Positions 37,575 to 47,625 are shown, counted from the stretch's first letter. The stretch: DNA of 64,000 nt from an uncultured Lentisphaeria bacterium (GCA_905197955.1 CAJKAR010000001.1:79764-143763); one strand, 5' to 3'. Notes: generated by a model not told the origin, from the sequence alone. Numbers and translations are program-made.

Positions 37575-40500
37575 ATGAACCGATTTGCAAGTATTGTTTT
37601 ACCGGGATTTCTGGCATTTGCCGTCATGGGGCAGAATGCGGAACTGCCGGGAGAACGCATTCTCCGCATGAAACCGGAGGAACTGCGGAAACAGGCTTCG
37701 GATGAAGCCATGAAAAAATGGAAAAAACCGCTGACGGACGCGGAATTTCAGAAGCTTGAGAATCAATCCGAACGGCGGTACGGAATTGAAACGGATGCGG
37801 AAATTGTTTCGAATGTTCCCGCATCAATTGCTCCGTATGCGCGTCTTCGGGATACCCCCCGGCCGGAGATCCGTCCATGGGCGCACTGGATCGGACATTT
37901 CACACAGGATCAACTCGACAGTTACCATGCTCTGATCTCCTACTGTCCCTTCTGCGACTCGCGGGCGCTCACGATCCGCTTTGACCCGAAGAATCCCGAA
38001 CACGCCCAGACCACCTGCTGCAAAAAAGATCTGTACCGGAAAAACGCTCCGGCCGGATACGATCTTGCCCCCGATTCATTCGCGGTCATCCGATATCTGG
38101 ACGACTCGCTGCGGAAGATTCCCTGCAAGCTCTACAAGGATGCCAAAGGACGAGTCTGGCAGCTGTTTGTCGCAAATCTTTTCAACAAACGGGACTGGAG
38201 TGAATACATCCGCACGCTCGCCCGACTCTCCGTGCTCTACCTCCGCACGGGCAATCCGCTGTATCCTTACAAAGCGGCGGTGATCCTCGACCGGATGGCC
38301 GAATCCTACTACGCCCTCCCCCTTTCGCTGAACAATCTTGATCCGGCAGGCAAAGACGGACTCGGTCTTTCCCGATCGGAATGGGAAGCGCTCCCACGAC
38401 CAAACATCTGGGCGAAAATGCCGGCTATCGGCTGGTGGAATCGGAATAATCCCACCTTTGCTCGTGGATGGATGGTTCTCGGACGCGAAGGTGCCGCGAT
38501 CTATGAGTATGCGCTTCTCCACCATCATCCGGCATTTCGCTATTATTCAAAAAAGAAGTATGGAGATCCCGCAAAAATTGATGAACTTGTCCGGACAAAA
38601 CTGGCGCGGGAGATCAATCTCGGCTACACCTCTGTCTGCATGAACGGACTCATTCAGAATTATCAGGCGGCGAATTCGGCACACATGCTTGCCAGCGCGA
38701 TGATCGGCGGAGACAAAACGCTTCTGGATTTTGCCGCGGCAAATCACGACTGCATCGTTTACAATCATCATTATGCGGACGGCATCAACGGCGAGGGATC
38801 GGTCGGCTATCAGGGAATGCTCCGCCGTCAGTTCTATCCGTACATGCTGGAAAAGACCGGCTGGCGGACCATTGATCCCGCGTTTCTTGCAAAGAATCCG
38901 TTTTTCAAGACGGCTGCGTGCGAATCCGGAAAGCAAATCACGGCACGCGGACTTCTTTTTGAACACGGAGATCTTTATGAAATGATCCATGAAACGCCGA
39001 ACAATCGGGTTCTCGGCAATCTGGATACGGCGGAAAAACCGGAGAAATCGAATCTGCCCAGTCAGATCTGGCCCTCGTGGGGCGTTGGTGTAATCCGGGT
39101 GGGAGCCCCCGGGGAACGGCTCGAAACGATTCTGAATTTTTCACGTCCGAGCGGGCACGGCGGACTCATGATGGGACTCGCAGGGTGGTTTGACGGGATC
39201 CCCGCTCTGCGGATGCACGGATATGCGCCGCCCTGGGGAAATACCTCTCTGAAAACAGTCAAAGACATCAACGACCTGAACTTCCCGCGCAAAGCCATTT
39301 ACGTTCCCAAGGCAAAACCGAGTGTACATGAATCGTGGAACAGGCTGCTGGCGCAGTCGGCGATCGGCCAGAACACGGTGACGGTCGATGAAGTTGCCTC
39401 CGTCAAGCGCGGTCTGAGCGAACCGCTGTTCTTCAAAGGCGGAGAACCTGCGGACTCTCCCGCCTCCAAGTTCCAGATTCTGGAAGTGAACACGCTCGGA
39501 GAGTTCCGGAAGATGGGCGTGAACAGTGTTGAAAAATACCGCCGTGCTCTGATCGGTGTCGAAACGCCCTCCGGACGAGCCTATGCTCTTGACATCGTGC
39601 CTCTGAAAGGCGGAAAAACGCAGACGATCTGGTACTCTGTCTGGGGCGACCGCATCGGACAGAACGGTCTCGGAGAAGCCATCGGGAAAAATAATCTGAC
39701 CAAAGCCATTTTCAGCGGGAAACCTCCGGTTCGCAACCGCTTTTTCTCTCCTGCAATCCTCTACAAGTGGGTCTATGGGATCTACGACCATGTCACAGAT
39801 GTGGAAACCCGTACGGAACAGAGCCTTCCGTGGGCGGTGGATTACAGAACCGATTATTATGCATACTTCCGAGACAAGAGCGGGCAAGAGTACGGCAGAC
39901 CGCGTCCGGGATTCGGTATCGTGAATTTCCGGATCGCAAGTGCGCCGGTGGAACCGTATGCGGTCTGGCAGGCAAAAGCTCCGTGGTCGCCGCTCTCCGC
40001 GAATCTGCTGACCCGCTCCGGAGCGAAAATCGAAAATCAGACCATCACATTCGATAAAGCATTTGATGTCCTCGCGCTCCGGAGAACGTCAAAAAACAAC
40101 CAGATTCTCGACTCCTGTTTCGTGACACTTCTGGAAGGACGGCATCCCGGAAAAGCTCCGGTTGTCTCCTCCATGAAGACCCTGGCAGCAGGCAGTGCCC
40201 GTGCTGTGGAGCTCAAGCTCAGTGAAGGCGGAAAGGATCTCGTTTTCTATCAGGAAACAAATGAGCTCCGGAAACTTGCCGGAATTGAAACGGATGCACG
40301 TTTTGCGCTTGTCCGGTTCAACAAGGCAGGTCGGGTAGTCCGCCTTGACATGGCTCAGGGGACTATTCTACGCGCTGGCGGAAAAGAACTGCGCTCTCCC
40401 GCCGCGGAAGATACAGGAACGATCATTGAAATCACAGGAGATCTTACAGGCAAACCGGAAAAATCGGAACTGCGGATCCGTCCGGATAAGCCCTGGAATC

Positions 40501-40925
40501 CGGCGGCGGCACCTGGTCGGATGTTGATACTCCATCAAACACGAAAGGGTAGTTTCGCAAACAGGGAAGGATATATTGTGCAGAATGCGGAACAAATGTC
40601 TGATGGGACTGTAAAAGTTTCGCTTCGCGGACCGGCTCCGTTTATTATCAGCTACCATCAGGCGTTTTTCGTAGATGGAAAACTCAAGGTGAACCGGCCA
40701 ATCCAGAAGTTCGACGGATTGGACTACTACCCCGGAATTCAGGTAACATTCCCACGCATCGGCAGGACTTTTACTGTCAGGAATGCCTCCATCGACTCCA
40801 TGGAAACAGATACCGATCTGCAGAAAGCCGGAGTCCGGAACGGTGACTGGTTCTATTTCCATGCAATCACCCCCGGCCAGAAAGTTTCCATTCCGCGCTT
40901 TACCGCACAAATTTTTGAAGAATAA
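37575..40925 (+). CDS. Giant secreted protein, heparinase II/III- or alginate-lyase-like (tentative)
   Basis: 1116 aa with a signal peptide (MNRFASIVLPGFLAFAVMGQNA). It has a Cys cluster (CPFCDSRAL...TTCCKKD), a helical toroid-like region (LSVLYLRTGNPLYPYKAAVILDRMAE) and a SGHGGLMMGLAGWFDG motif. Confidence 0.4.
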   Translation: MNRFASIVLPGFLAFAVMGQNAELPGERILRMKPEELRKQASDEAMKKWKKPLTDAEFQKLENQSERRYGIETDAEIVSNVPASIAPYARLRDTPRPEIRPWAHWIGHFTQDQLDSYHALISYCPFCDSRALTIRFDPKNPEHAQTTCCKKDLYRKNAPAGYDLAPDSFAVIRYLDDSLRKIPCKLYKDAKGRVWQLFVANLFNKRDWSEYIRTLARLSVLYLRTGNPLYPYKAAVILDRMAESYYALPLSLNNLDPAGKDGLGLSRSEWEALPRPNIWAKMPAIGWWNRNNPTFARGWMVLGREGAAIYEYALLHHHPAFRYYSKKKYGDPAKIDELVRTKLAREINLGYTSVCMNGLIQNYQAANSAHMLASAMIGGDKTLLDFAAANHDCIVYNHHYADGINGEGSVGYQGMLRRQFYPYMLEKTGWRTIDPAFLAKNPFFKTAACESGKQITARGLLFEHGDLYEMIHETPNNRVLGNLDTAEKPEKSNLPSQIWPSWGVGVIRVGAPGERLETILNFSRPSGHGGLMMGLAGWFDGIPALRMHGYAPPWGNTSLKTVKDINDLNFPRKAIYVPKAKPSVHESWNRLLAQSAIGQNTVTVDEVASVKRGLSEPLFFKGGEPADSPASKFQILEVNTLGEFRKMGVNSVEKYRRALIGVETPSGRAYALDIVPLKGGKTQTIWYSVWGDRIGQNGLGEAIGKNNLTKAIFSGKPPVRNRFFSPAILYKWVYGIYDHVTDVETRTEQSLPWAVDYRTDYYAYFRDKSGQEYGRPRPGFGIVNFRIASAPVEPYAVWQAKAPWSPLSANLLTRSGAKIENQTITFDKAFDVLALRRTSKNNQILDSCFVTLLEGRHPGKAPVVSSMKTLAAGSARAVELKLSEGGKDLVFYQETNELRKLAGIETDARFALVRFNKAGRVVRLDMAQGTILRAGGKELRSPAAEDTGTIIEITGDLTGKPEKSELRIRPDKPWNPAAAPGRMLILHQTRKGSFANREGYIVQNAEQMSDGTVKVSLRGPAPFIISYHQAFFVDGKLKVNRPIQKFDGLDYYPGIQVTFPRIGRTFTVRNASIDSMETDTDLQKAGVRNGDWFYFHAITPGQKVSIPRFTAQIFEE

Positions 40926-41071
40926 AACGGATTCCCGAATCCATTTCAAAATACGGAAAAATGCACAAGCATTTTTCTCGGGTCAAGGACTGTGTCCTTG
41001 TCGCGGTCCAGCGGCGAGACGCTGGTCGTGCATAGCACGAAACGCTTTTTATAAAAAATGCGAGAGGAGCA

Positions 41072-41091
41072 AACCGCTTTGAAAAGCGGTT
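41072..41091 (+). terminator. Hairpin AACCGCTT-TGAA-AAGCGGTT
   Basis: Perfect 8-bp stem nested inside an outer 9-bp pairing, GAGAGGAGC with GCTCCTCTC. Confidence 0.5.
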
Positions 41092-41133
41092 CTTCTCCCC
41101 TCGCGCTCCTCTCTTTCCCCAAACTTTCTCCAC

Positions 41134-41156
41134 GCCTTTGCGCTTCCCGCAAAGGC
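41134..41156 (+). terminator. Hairpin GCCTTTGCG-CTTCC-CGCAAAGGC
   Basis: Perfect 9-bp stem. A T-rich tract follows ~20 nt later. Confidence 0.45.
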
Positions 41157-41270
41157 TCACGGGAATCGGTCTCTTTTTTATTCAAGTGATATTCGTATGA
41201 ATCAACTCTTTCTTCCGCAGCTGGCTACTCGGTATTTTCTCCTTTTTTACCAGAAAAATCATTTTGGGGA

Positions 41271-41299
41271 TTGACATTCTTTCTGTCTTATGTTATAAT
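41271..41299 (+). promoter_or_regulatory. Perfect-consensus sigma70 promoter
   Basis: TTGACA (41271..41276), 17-nt spacer, TATAAT (41294..41299). Downstream direct repeats ATATAACAAA lie at 41313..41322 and 41325..41334. Confidence 0.7.
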
Positions 41300-41343
41300 T
41301 AAGAAGAAAATAATATAACAAAATATATAACAAAGAAAAAAGA

Positions 41344-42417
41344 ATGGAAACGAAACAGGATCGCGTAGTAGAAGAGCTGCTGGATGAGATTGCATCCGGA
41401 CGTCACGGCTCGTTTGGAGAAGTCTTTATGACGACACGGGATCTTGCTGCTTACAAGAATGTTTCGCTGAAAACGGCTTTTTCCATTCTGAACCGGCTCC
41501 GGGAGAGAGGAGTGCTGGAAAAATCCGGGAAACGATATCTGATTCACAATGCGGTTCCCGTGCGTGCGGAGAGTTCCGGAAAACGTCTTCTGATCGGGCT
41601 GGTGGTCACATCGCTGGACAGTCCTTACTTTGCGCGTCTGGCACGGTATGCCGAAGAATTTGCCCATTCGATCGGTGCTGGTCTGCTGATTGCTTCCAGC
41701 AATTATGATTTTTCCATTGAACGGGAACGGCTTGAGATGTTCTGTCAGCAGGGAGCCTCCGGACTGCTTATATGTCCGTGGGCAGACGGGGATGAGGAAA
41801 ACTTCTATCCAACTCTTCCGATCCCGTATGTCATGATCGGCCGCTGTCTGAAAACGCTGAAAGCGGATACGGTTCTGGTAAACAATCAGCTGGCGGCGCA
41901 GAAAGTGGCGGAACATCTGGCAAGCCAAGGATATCGCGAGTTTGCCTATATCGGGCAGTCGGGTACGCCGCAGGATCCCCGTCTTTCCGGCTTCCGGTTC
42001 GGATTGATGGAATGCGGATGTTCCCTGCCGGAAAAAAATATCTTACGGATCAACTACGGCGACACAGAGGCGTTGAACAATGGAATCGAAACGCTACTGA
42101 AAAATCGAACCTCTCCGCTGGGATTATTCTGTTATCACGATCTGTTTGCATCGGCGGCTGTCAGTGCGTGTCTCCGGCGCGGAGTGAAGATTCCGGAAGA
42201 GGTCGGGATCGCCGGATTCGACGATCTGCCAATCGCCGCGGAACTCTATCCGCCGCTGACCTCAGTCCGTTATCCGCTGAAGGATATGGCAAGACTTGCA
42301 TGCGAGACGCTTTTTGCACGTATCAATCTCGGCTCGCGGAAAGAAGAGGGAATCAGACGCTATCTGGATTCCGAGCTGGTCATCCGGGAATCTACCGCTC
42401 GATCCGGGAAAAAATGA
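41344..42417 (+). CDS. AraR-type chimeric regulator (GntR wHTH + LacI/GalR-type domain)
   Basis: TTRDLAAYKNVSLKTAFSILNRLRERGVLEKSGKRYLI, then a sugar-binding-like domain. Confidence 0.7.
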   Translation: METKQDRVVEELLDEIASGRHGSFGEVFMTTRDLAAYKNVSLKTAFSILNRLRERGVLEKSGKRYLIHNAVPVRAESSGKRLLIGLVVTSLDSPYFARLARYAEEFAHSIGAGLLIASSNYDFSIERERLEMFCQQGASGLLICPWADGDEENFYPTLPIPYVMIGRCLKTLKADTVLVNNQLAAQKVAEHLASQGYREFAYIGQSGTPQDPRLSGFRFGLMECGCSLPEKNILRINYGDTEALNNGIETLLKNRTSPLGLFCYHDLFASAAVSACLRRGVKIPEEVGIAGFDDLPIAAELYPPLTSVRYPLKDMARLACETLFARINLGSRKEEGIRRYLDSELVIRESTARSGKK

Positions 42418-42433
42418 GGGGAATCCTTTTTAT

Positions 42434-42461
42434 TTGAATATATCGAATTTTTAGATAGTAT
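42434..42461 (+). promoter_or_regulatory. Candidate sigma70 promoter for the 42491-47616 operon
   Basis: TTGAAT (42434..42439), 16-nt spacer, TAGTAT (42456..42461). Confidence 0.4.
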
Positions 42462-42490
42462 TGCAATAATTCTTAAAATAGGAGTTTTCA

Positions 42491-43534
42491 ATGGCGATCA
42501 AACAGACAGCGGTCAGTTATTACGGACTGAATTATGTCGAACATGCGGAACGGGATTTTCGTGAAATCCGGGATCACGGATGTACGACGGTGATTCTGGC
42601 TGTGACAGAATTCGATTTTGACTTCTGGCGTCCGAATATTCCGAAAATCGTTAACAAGGCGCATGAACTTGGTTTGCGCGTTGTGATTGATCCGTGGGGC
42701 AATGGAAAGTATTTCGGCGGAGAACAGGTCAGCAAGTTTTTGCAGGACAATATTGAAAACAGGCAGGTTTCCGCGCTCACGGGAGAAAAACTTCCATATG
42801 CCTGCTTCAACACGAACAGCTATCGCGACTATTTCCGTAATTTCTGCGTAACGCTGGCACGCGAGACCGATGCAGATGGTTTTTTCTGGGATGAACCGCA
42901 TTATGCGTTTCCAAAGGGGATCGCCTCCATCACCGGCGGGGTCGCGGATGACTGGACCTGTTTCTGTCCGGTCTGCCGGAAACGATTTGCAGACTATTAC
43001 GGCTATGAGATGCCGCGCTATATGACCAATGACGTCAAACAGTTCCGATGGCGTGAAGCGCTGGTCGTGCTTGCAGAGACATCAAAAGCGCTCAAGGAGA
43101 TCAATCCGGAACTGGAAATCACATGCTGTGTCCATGCCACGCAGAACGGGTACTATGTTTCCGAATACCGGGGATATGACAACTGGGATATGGTGGCGGC
43201 GTGTCCGTATTTCGACGTATTTTCCACAACGATCGTCAACTGGGCACTTCCGGAGGAGTTTTATCGCGACATCACCGAACGAACCGTTGCAATCGCGAAA
43301 AAATACAACAAGAAATCCGAACGCTGGCTCATGGGGTATTACCGGCAGCCGAAAGAGTGGAATCAGATCGACAGATGGGTGGATATTGCAGAGAAAACCG
43401 GAGTGGATCGTCTTGCAGCATGGACCTATCGAGGGGGATATGGAACGGTTGTCGCCGCACCCGATGCGCTCAAACTCTGGGACACCATCGGAGAAAACTA
43501 CAAACGCGTACTCGTTCGCGAAAACGGAAAATAA
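42491..43534 (+). CDS. Cytoplasmic TIM-barrel glycosidase-like hypothetical protein
   Basis: 347 aa with no signal peptide. Alternating beta/alpha pattern (TTVILAVTEFDF...GLRVVIDPWGNG...DGFFWDEPHY) and a CFCPVC motif. Confidence 0.35.
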   Translation: MAIKQTAVSYYGLNYVEHAERDFREIRDHGCTTVILAVTEFDFDFWRPNIPKIVNKAHELGLRVVIDPWGNGKYFGGEQVSKFLQDNIENRQVSALTGEKLPYACFNTNSYRDYFRNFCVTLARETDADGFFWDEPHYAFPKGIASITGGVADDWTCFCPVCRKRFADYYGYEMPRYMTNDVKQFRWREALVVLAETSKALKEINPELEITCCVHATQNGYYVSEYRGYDNWDMVAACPYFDVFSTTIVNWALPEEFYRDITERTVAIAKKYNKKSERWLMGYYRQPKEWNQIDRWVDIAEKTGVDRLAAWTYRGGYGTVVAAPDALKLWDTIGENYKRVLVRENGK

Positions 43535-43547
43535 AGGAGATTTCTAC

Positions 43548-44300
43548 ATGCAGAACGATTTCGGATATCTGGAAAAGATCATTGCCAATCTGGAAAAAGT
43601 CAAACAGGAACAGGGCGAAAACATCCACAAGGCGGCAGCGCTGATGGCAGACGCCATTCAAAACGATAAACTCATTCACGTTTACGCCGGCGGCGGCCAC
43701 ACCACGCTGGCAATGGGCGAGATGTTCTTCCGCGCCGGAGGCCTGGCAAACATCAATCCACTCATGGAAACGGCGCTCTCGGTTTTCAATCAGGCGTTGA
43801 AGTATCTGGAACTGGAGCGGACCGTGAATTTCGGCGCATCAATCATCCGTTACTATGATCTCAAACCGGGCGATCTGCTGATTATCTTCCACAACATCGG
43901 CATCAATCCGGCAACGATCGATGCGGCAATGGAGGCGAAGAAACAGGGCGCCTCCATCATTGCCGTGGCAAGTTCGCTCTGGCAGAAGGAAATGCCGAAA
44001 GATCACTTCATCCGCCACCCCTCAGGAAAGAATCTCTTCGATTTCGCCGATGTCTGCATCGACGACTATAATCCGGTGGGCGATGCTGTCGTTCACATTC
44101 CGGGATTTGACACCCCGATCGCACCGATCTCCAACGTGGTCGATTTCACCATCGCGCACTGGCTGGAAATCGAAACAGTAAACCTCTGTATGGAACGTGG
44201 AGTTATCCCCCCGGTCTGGAACAGCGCGAACGCGCCCGGCGGCGATGAGAAAAACAAGGCATATCTGGAACGATACAAGTCCAGAATCAAAGCGTTGTAA
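43548..44300 (+). CDS. SIS (sugar isomerase) domain protein, UPF0309-like
   Basis: Start at MQNDFGYLEKI, preceded by AAGGAG. LIHVYAGGGHTTLAMGEMF and LLIIFHNIGINPATIDAAMEAKKQGASIIAV are typical SIS blocks. Confidence 0.7.
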   Translation: MQNDFGYLEKIIANLEKVKQEQGENIHKAAALMADAIQNDKLIHVYAGGGHTTLAMGEMFFRAGGLANINPLMETALSVFNQALKYLELERTVNFGASIIRYYDLKPGDLLIIFHNIGINPATIDAAMEAKKQGASIIAVASSLWQKEMPKDHFIRHPSGKNLFDFADVCIDDYNPVGDAVVHIPGFDTPIAPISNVVDFTIAHWLEIETVNLCMERGVIPPVWNSANAPGGDEKNKAYLERYKSRIKAL

Positions 44301-44310
44301 GGAGAGTGAA

Positions 44311-45048
44311 ATGAATATTGAGGCTATGAATGAAGGACTCCGTCGCCTTCTGGAAAAATATCTTCCGGGAAAAACAGCGGAGCTGGAAACGGATTCGGAA
44401 ATCGGCTGTGGAGCGGTTCTGAAAAAAGAGGGGGAATGCATCAAACTGCTGCCGTGGCGCGTTGAACGCCGTTTCACGGAACTGAAAAATCTGACGGAGA
44501 ACGGCACTCTAGAAGAGATTTCCACCCTTCGATTTGCGGTCATGAACGCGGAAGAATCTCTCCGGAATCTGCTCTACCGGGAACTGGATCTCTGCGAATT
44601 CCTCGGCGGATCGGAAATTCGGAGCGCTTTTGCCGTCCTTGCAGGGAACAGAATTGCGAACGTGCTGATCAAGCTAGCCGACGGGAAAAGCGTCAGCATT
44701 GAGTGTTCCGCCGCACTGCCGGGAAAAACAGCGCCGCTGGACCGCCATGAGATCATCGCCCGGCGGGGAATCGCCTGCGATCGGGTCGTAGATACACAGG
44801 TGCCGCAGTCTTCGATCTATCTTTTCCGAATCGGGAAAGAGACTCGATACACGGATGTTGATTCAGAACTTTACGGACTCGAAAACCAGGAAATCTGGAT
44901 TGTCCGAGCGGCATTCGCCATCATCAAAACACCGGGCCTTGCCGCTCAATGGAATCGAACAGACCGCATTCTCCGCCGGAACGTGGAGAGCATTCTGAAC
45001 ACGGCGGAAAGTGGAAAACCGGTCTTTTTTCAGGAGGAACACGCATGA
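44311..45048 (+). CDS. Hypothetical protein resembling a Gfo/Idh/MocA C-terminal domain without a Rossmann fold
   Basis: 245 aa starting at MNIEAMNEGL, preceded by GGAGAG. No GxGxxG motif. ATGA overlap with the downstream oxidoreductase gene. Confidence 0.35.
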   Translation: MNIEAMNEGLRRLLEKYLPGKTAELETDSEIGCGAVLKKEGECIKLLPWRVERRFTELKNLTENGTLEEISTLRFAVMNAEESLRNLLYRELDLCEFLGGSEIRSAFAVLAGNRIANVLIKLADGKSVSIECSAALPGKTAPLDRHEIIARRGIACDRVVDTQVPQSSIYLFRIGKETRYTDVDSELYGLENQEIWIVRAAFAIIKTPGLAAQWNRTDRILRRNVESILNTAESGKPVFFQEEHA

Positions 45049-46139
45049 AACCCGTTAAAATCGCCATGGTCTCTCTGACCCATGGGCATACGAGAAAATA
45101 TTATCAGACTCTTCTTGACAATGAAAAACTCGACTGGGTTGCATCCTGTGCCGCAGATCCAAGAGCCAGAGAAGTCTATGCCCTGTACAAGACTGGAGTC
45201 CCCTGCTATTCCAGCATGGAAGAGATGTTCGAAAAACATCCCGATATCGAAGCGGTCGTTCTTGCTTCCGCCAACGATCAGCATCTGGAGGAGATGAGGG
45301 AATGCGCCCGGCGGGGAGTTCATATCCTCTCCATGAAAATTCCGACTTTCGATATGGCGGAATATGATGAAATGATCCGGCTTGTGGATCAAGCTGGAAT
45401 TGTCTGCCAGATCGAACTGGAAATGCACTACAATCCGGTGGTCCGGCGCCTGAAGGAGCTGATCGCCTCCGGAGCCGTCGGAAAGATTCTTTCGATGCAG
45501 GCGACGAATATCACGCTCTCGCCAGTCTGGGCGTTTCCGTGGCAGGGCGTGCCGGAAGCCAGCTACGGCAGACGAATCCCGCTGAAGGAAGGCGATCCGC
45601 GTTTCCGCGGCGGCGCGCTCTGCGATCATCCGCACATCTTCGACCTGATCCGTCATCTGACCGGTTCCGACTTCGAGCGTGTCTATTCAGTGGTGGCTCC
45701 GAATCTCCGGAAGGAGCTGGAGGTGGAGGATATGATTCTCTGCAACGGCACGATGAAAAACGGGGTGACGTTCCTGTTTGATCCCTCCTGGTCGCGCATG
45801 GAGGAGCGCCTGAAAGTTCCAGCTCCCGGATGGGAAGTATTCCCGAAACGGATGCAGGTGGATGTGACAATCACAGGAGAAGAGGGGACCATTGTCTGCG
45901 ACTGCTTCGGACCGAACGTCTACCACAACGGCGCACCGAACGACCGCTACACGGTGCAGTACACCTACTTCGACGAATGGATCGGACTCGTTGACGAATT
46001 CGTGGACTGCATCCGGAATCAAAAAATTCCGAAAATCAACTTGAAATGGCACCGTCAGACGATAGAGTGTATGAATGCCTGCTACGAAAGCGTCCGGAGT
46101 GGACTGCCTGTAACACTTGAAGAACAGAAGAGAGGTTGA
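45045..46139 (+). CDS. Gfo/Idh/MocA family oxidoreductase
   Basis: MKPVKIAMVSLTHGHTRKYY...DIEAVVLASANDQHLEEMRECARRGVHILSMKIP, with a characteristic EKP-like position and C-terminal domain. Confidence 0.7.
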   Translation: MKPVKIAMVSLTHGHTRKYYQTLLDNEKLDWVASCAADPRAREVYALYKTGVPCYSSMEEMFEKHPDIEAVVLASANDQHLEEMRECARRGVHILSMKIPTFDMAEYDEMIRLVDQAGIVCQIELEMHYNPVVRRLKELIASGAVGKILSMQATNITLSPVWAFPWQGVPEASYGRRIPLKEGDPRFRGGALCDHPHIFDLIRHLTGSDFERVYSVVAPNLRKELEVEDMILCNGTMKNGVTFLFDPSWSRMEERLKVPAPGWEVFPKRMQVDVTITGEEGTIVCDCFGPNVYHNGAPNDRYTVQYTYFDEWIGLVDEFVDCIRNQKIPKINLKWHRQTIECMNACYESVRSGLPVTLEEQKRG

Positions 46140-46140
46140 A

Positions 46141-47616
46141 ATGATTGGAATTCCCAGAGAACAATATCTGACCGAATCGACCCTGCCGGCGGTTCAGGAA
46201 CTCTCGCTGCAAAACGGAATCTTCCGCATTGCAGACGGCTCCCGCTTTGTCCTGCGCGGAGCATTGGAGGAATCTTCCGCCGCGGCACTCGCCTCGGAAC
46301 GCATCCGTCAGTACTGGAACTGCGAAGGAAGCATCTCTTTCCTCGCAGAATCCGCATCGCTGGGAGCGGAAGAGTATTTTGCCGACATCTCGCCGGAACG
46401 CATTGAAATCCGTGCCGATACACCTGCCGCTTTGCGGTATGCGTTTTCGACCCTTCGCCAGCTTTCGGAATCGGAGCGGGGTGTGCTGAAAAGTTCCGCC
46501 TTCCAAATTTCCGCACTGAAAGTGCATGATTTTCCGGCGCTTTCTTTCCGCGGGATCCATCTCTGCTGGTTTCCGGAAAGCTCAGAAACCGATCTCGAAA
46601 AATGGATTCGCATGGCGGCTTACTGCAAATTCAACTATGCCGTGCTGGAACCGTGGGGAGTGTTTCCGTACCGGAGCCATCCGGAATTCGGATGGGAGGA
46701 GAAAAAAGTACCGCGGGAAACCTTCCGCCGACTGGTGAATCTGGGAAAGGAATTGGGAATCCGCCTGATCCCGCAGGTGAACCTGTTCGGACACGCGGCA
46801 ATGTCCCGCTGCGGAACCGGAAAACATGCTGTTCTGAACCGCCATCCGGAATTTGCTCCGCTCTTTGAGCCCGATGGCTGGACCTGGTGTCTTGCCAATC
46901 CTGAAACCAGAAAAGTTCTGACGGATCTCTGTCTGGAAATCTATGAGGTTTTCGATTCCCCGGAGTTCTTCCATGTCGGCTGCGACGAAGCGTACAACGC
47001 AGGCACCTGCTCCCTCTGTGCACAGGCCGATTATCCGAAACTTTTTGCCGATCATCTGCGTTTTTTCCACGATCTGCTTGGAAGCCGCGGCGCCAGAATC
47101 ATGATGTGGCACGACATGCTGCTCGACCGGGAGGATCCTCGCTGGAACGGATTCATCTGCTGCGGAGGAAAAACGTTAAGCTGTCTCTATAAAACGCTTC
47201 CGAAAGACATCGTGATCTGTGACTGGCAGTACGGCTGGGCTCGCGGACCGAAAGAACCTGATCGCGACGACTGGATCACATCCGAATTCTTCCAAAACGC
47301 CGGATTCGATACGCTGACCTGTCCATGGAATCTGCATGATCAGATTCTCAGCGTCGGTCGGCATGCCGCTGAACACGGACAGTTCGGAGTACTCCAGACC
47401 GTCTGGCACAAAGAACATGACAACACCTTCCAGTTCTTTGCTCCCGGAAGTTCCGCAGCCTGGAATCCAGAAGCCGGATCAAAAGGAAAAGCCACCTGCA
47501 TCCAGGAGTGCTTCAACCGCTATCTGCGTGACATCACACACGATATGCATCTGACAAACTATACCGATTTCGGGCACCATCAGTATCAGGTAATCCCGGA
47601 GTCGAACCAGGACTGA
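46141..47616 (+). CDS. GH20-like beta-N-acetylhexosaminidase family protein (cytoplasmic)
   Basis: FRGIHLCWFPE..., IPQVNLFGHA and FHVGCDEAYN (a catalytic D-E pair context) match GH20 TIM-barrel landmarks. No signal peptide. Confidence 0.55.
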   Translation: MIGIPREQYLTESTLPAVQELSLQNGIFRIADGSRFVLRGALEESSAAALASERIRQYWNCEGSISFLAESASLGAEEYFADISPERIEIRADTPAALRYAFSTLRQLSESERGVLKSSAFQISALKVHDFPALSFRGIHLCWFPESSETDLEKWIRMAAYCKFNYAVLEPWGVFPYRSHPEFGWEEKKVPRETFRRLVNLGKELGIRLIPQVNLFGHAAMSRCGTGKHAVLNRHPEFAPLFEPDGWTWCLANPETRKVLTDLCLEIYEVFDSPEFFHVGCDEAYNAGTCSLCAQADYPKLFADHLRFFHDLLGSRGARIMMWHDMLLDREDPRWNGFICCGGKTLSCLYKTLPKDIVICDWQYGWARGPKEPDRDDWITSEFFQNAGFDTLTCPWNLHDQILSVGRHAAEHGQFGVLQTVWHKEHDNTFQFFAPGSSAAWNPEAGSKGKATCIQECFNRYLRDITHDMHLTNYTDFGHHQYQVIPESNQD

Positions 47617-47625
47617 ACAGTCTGT

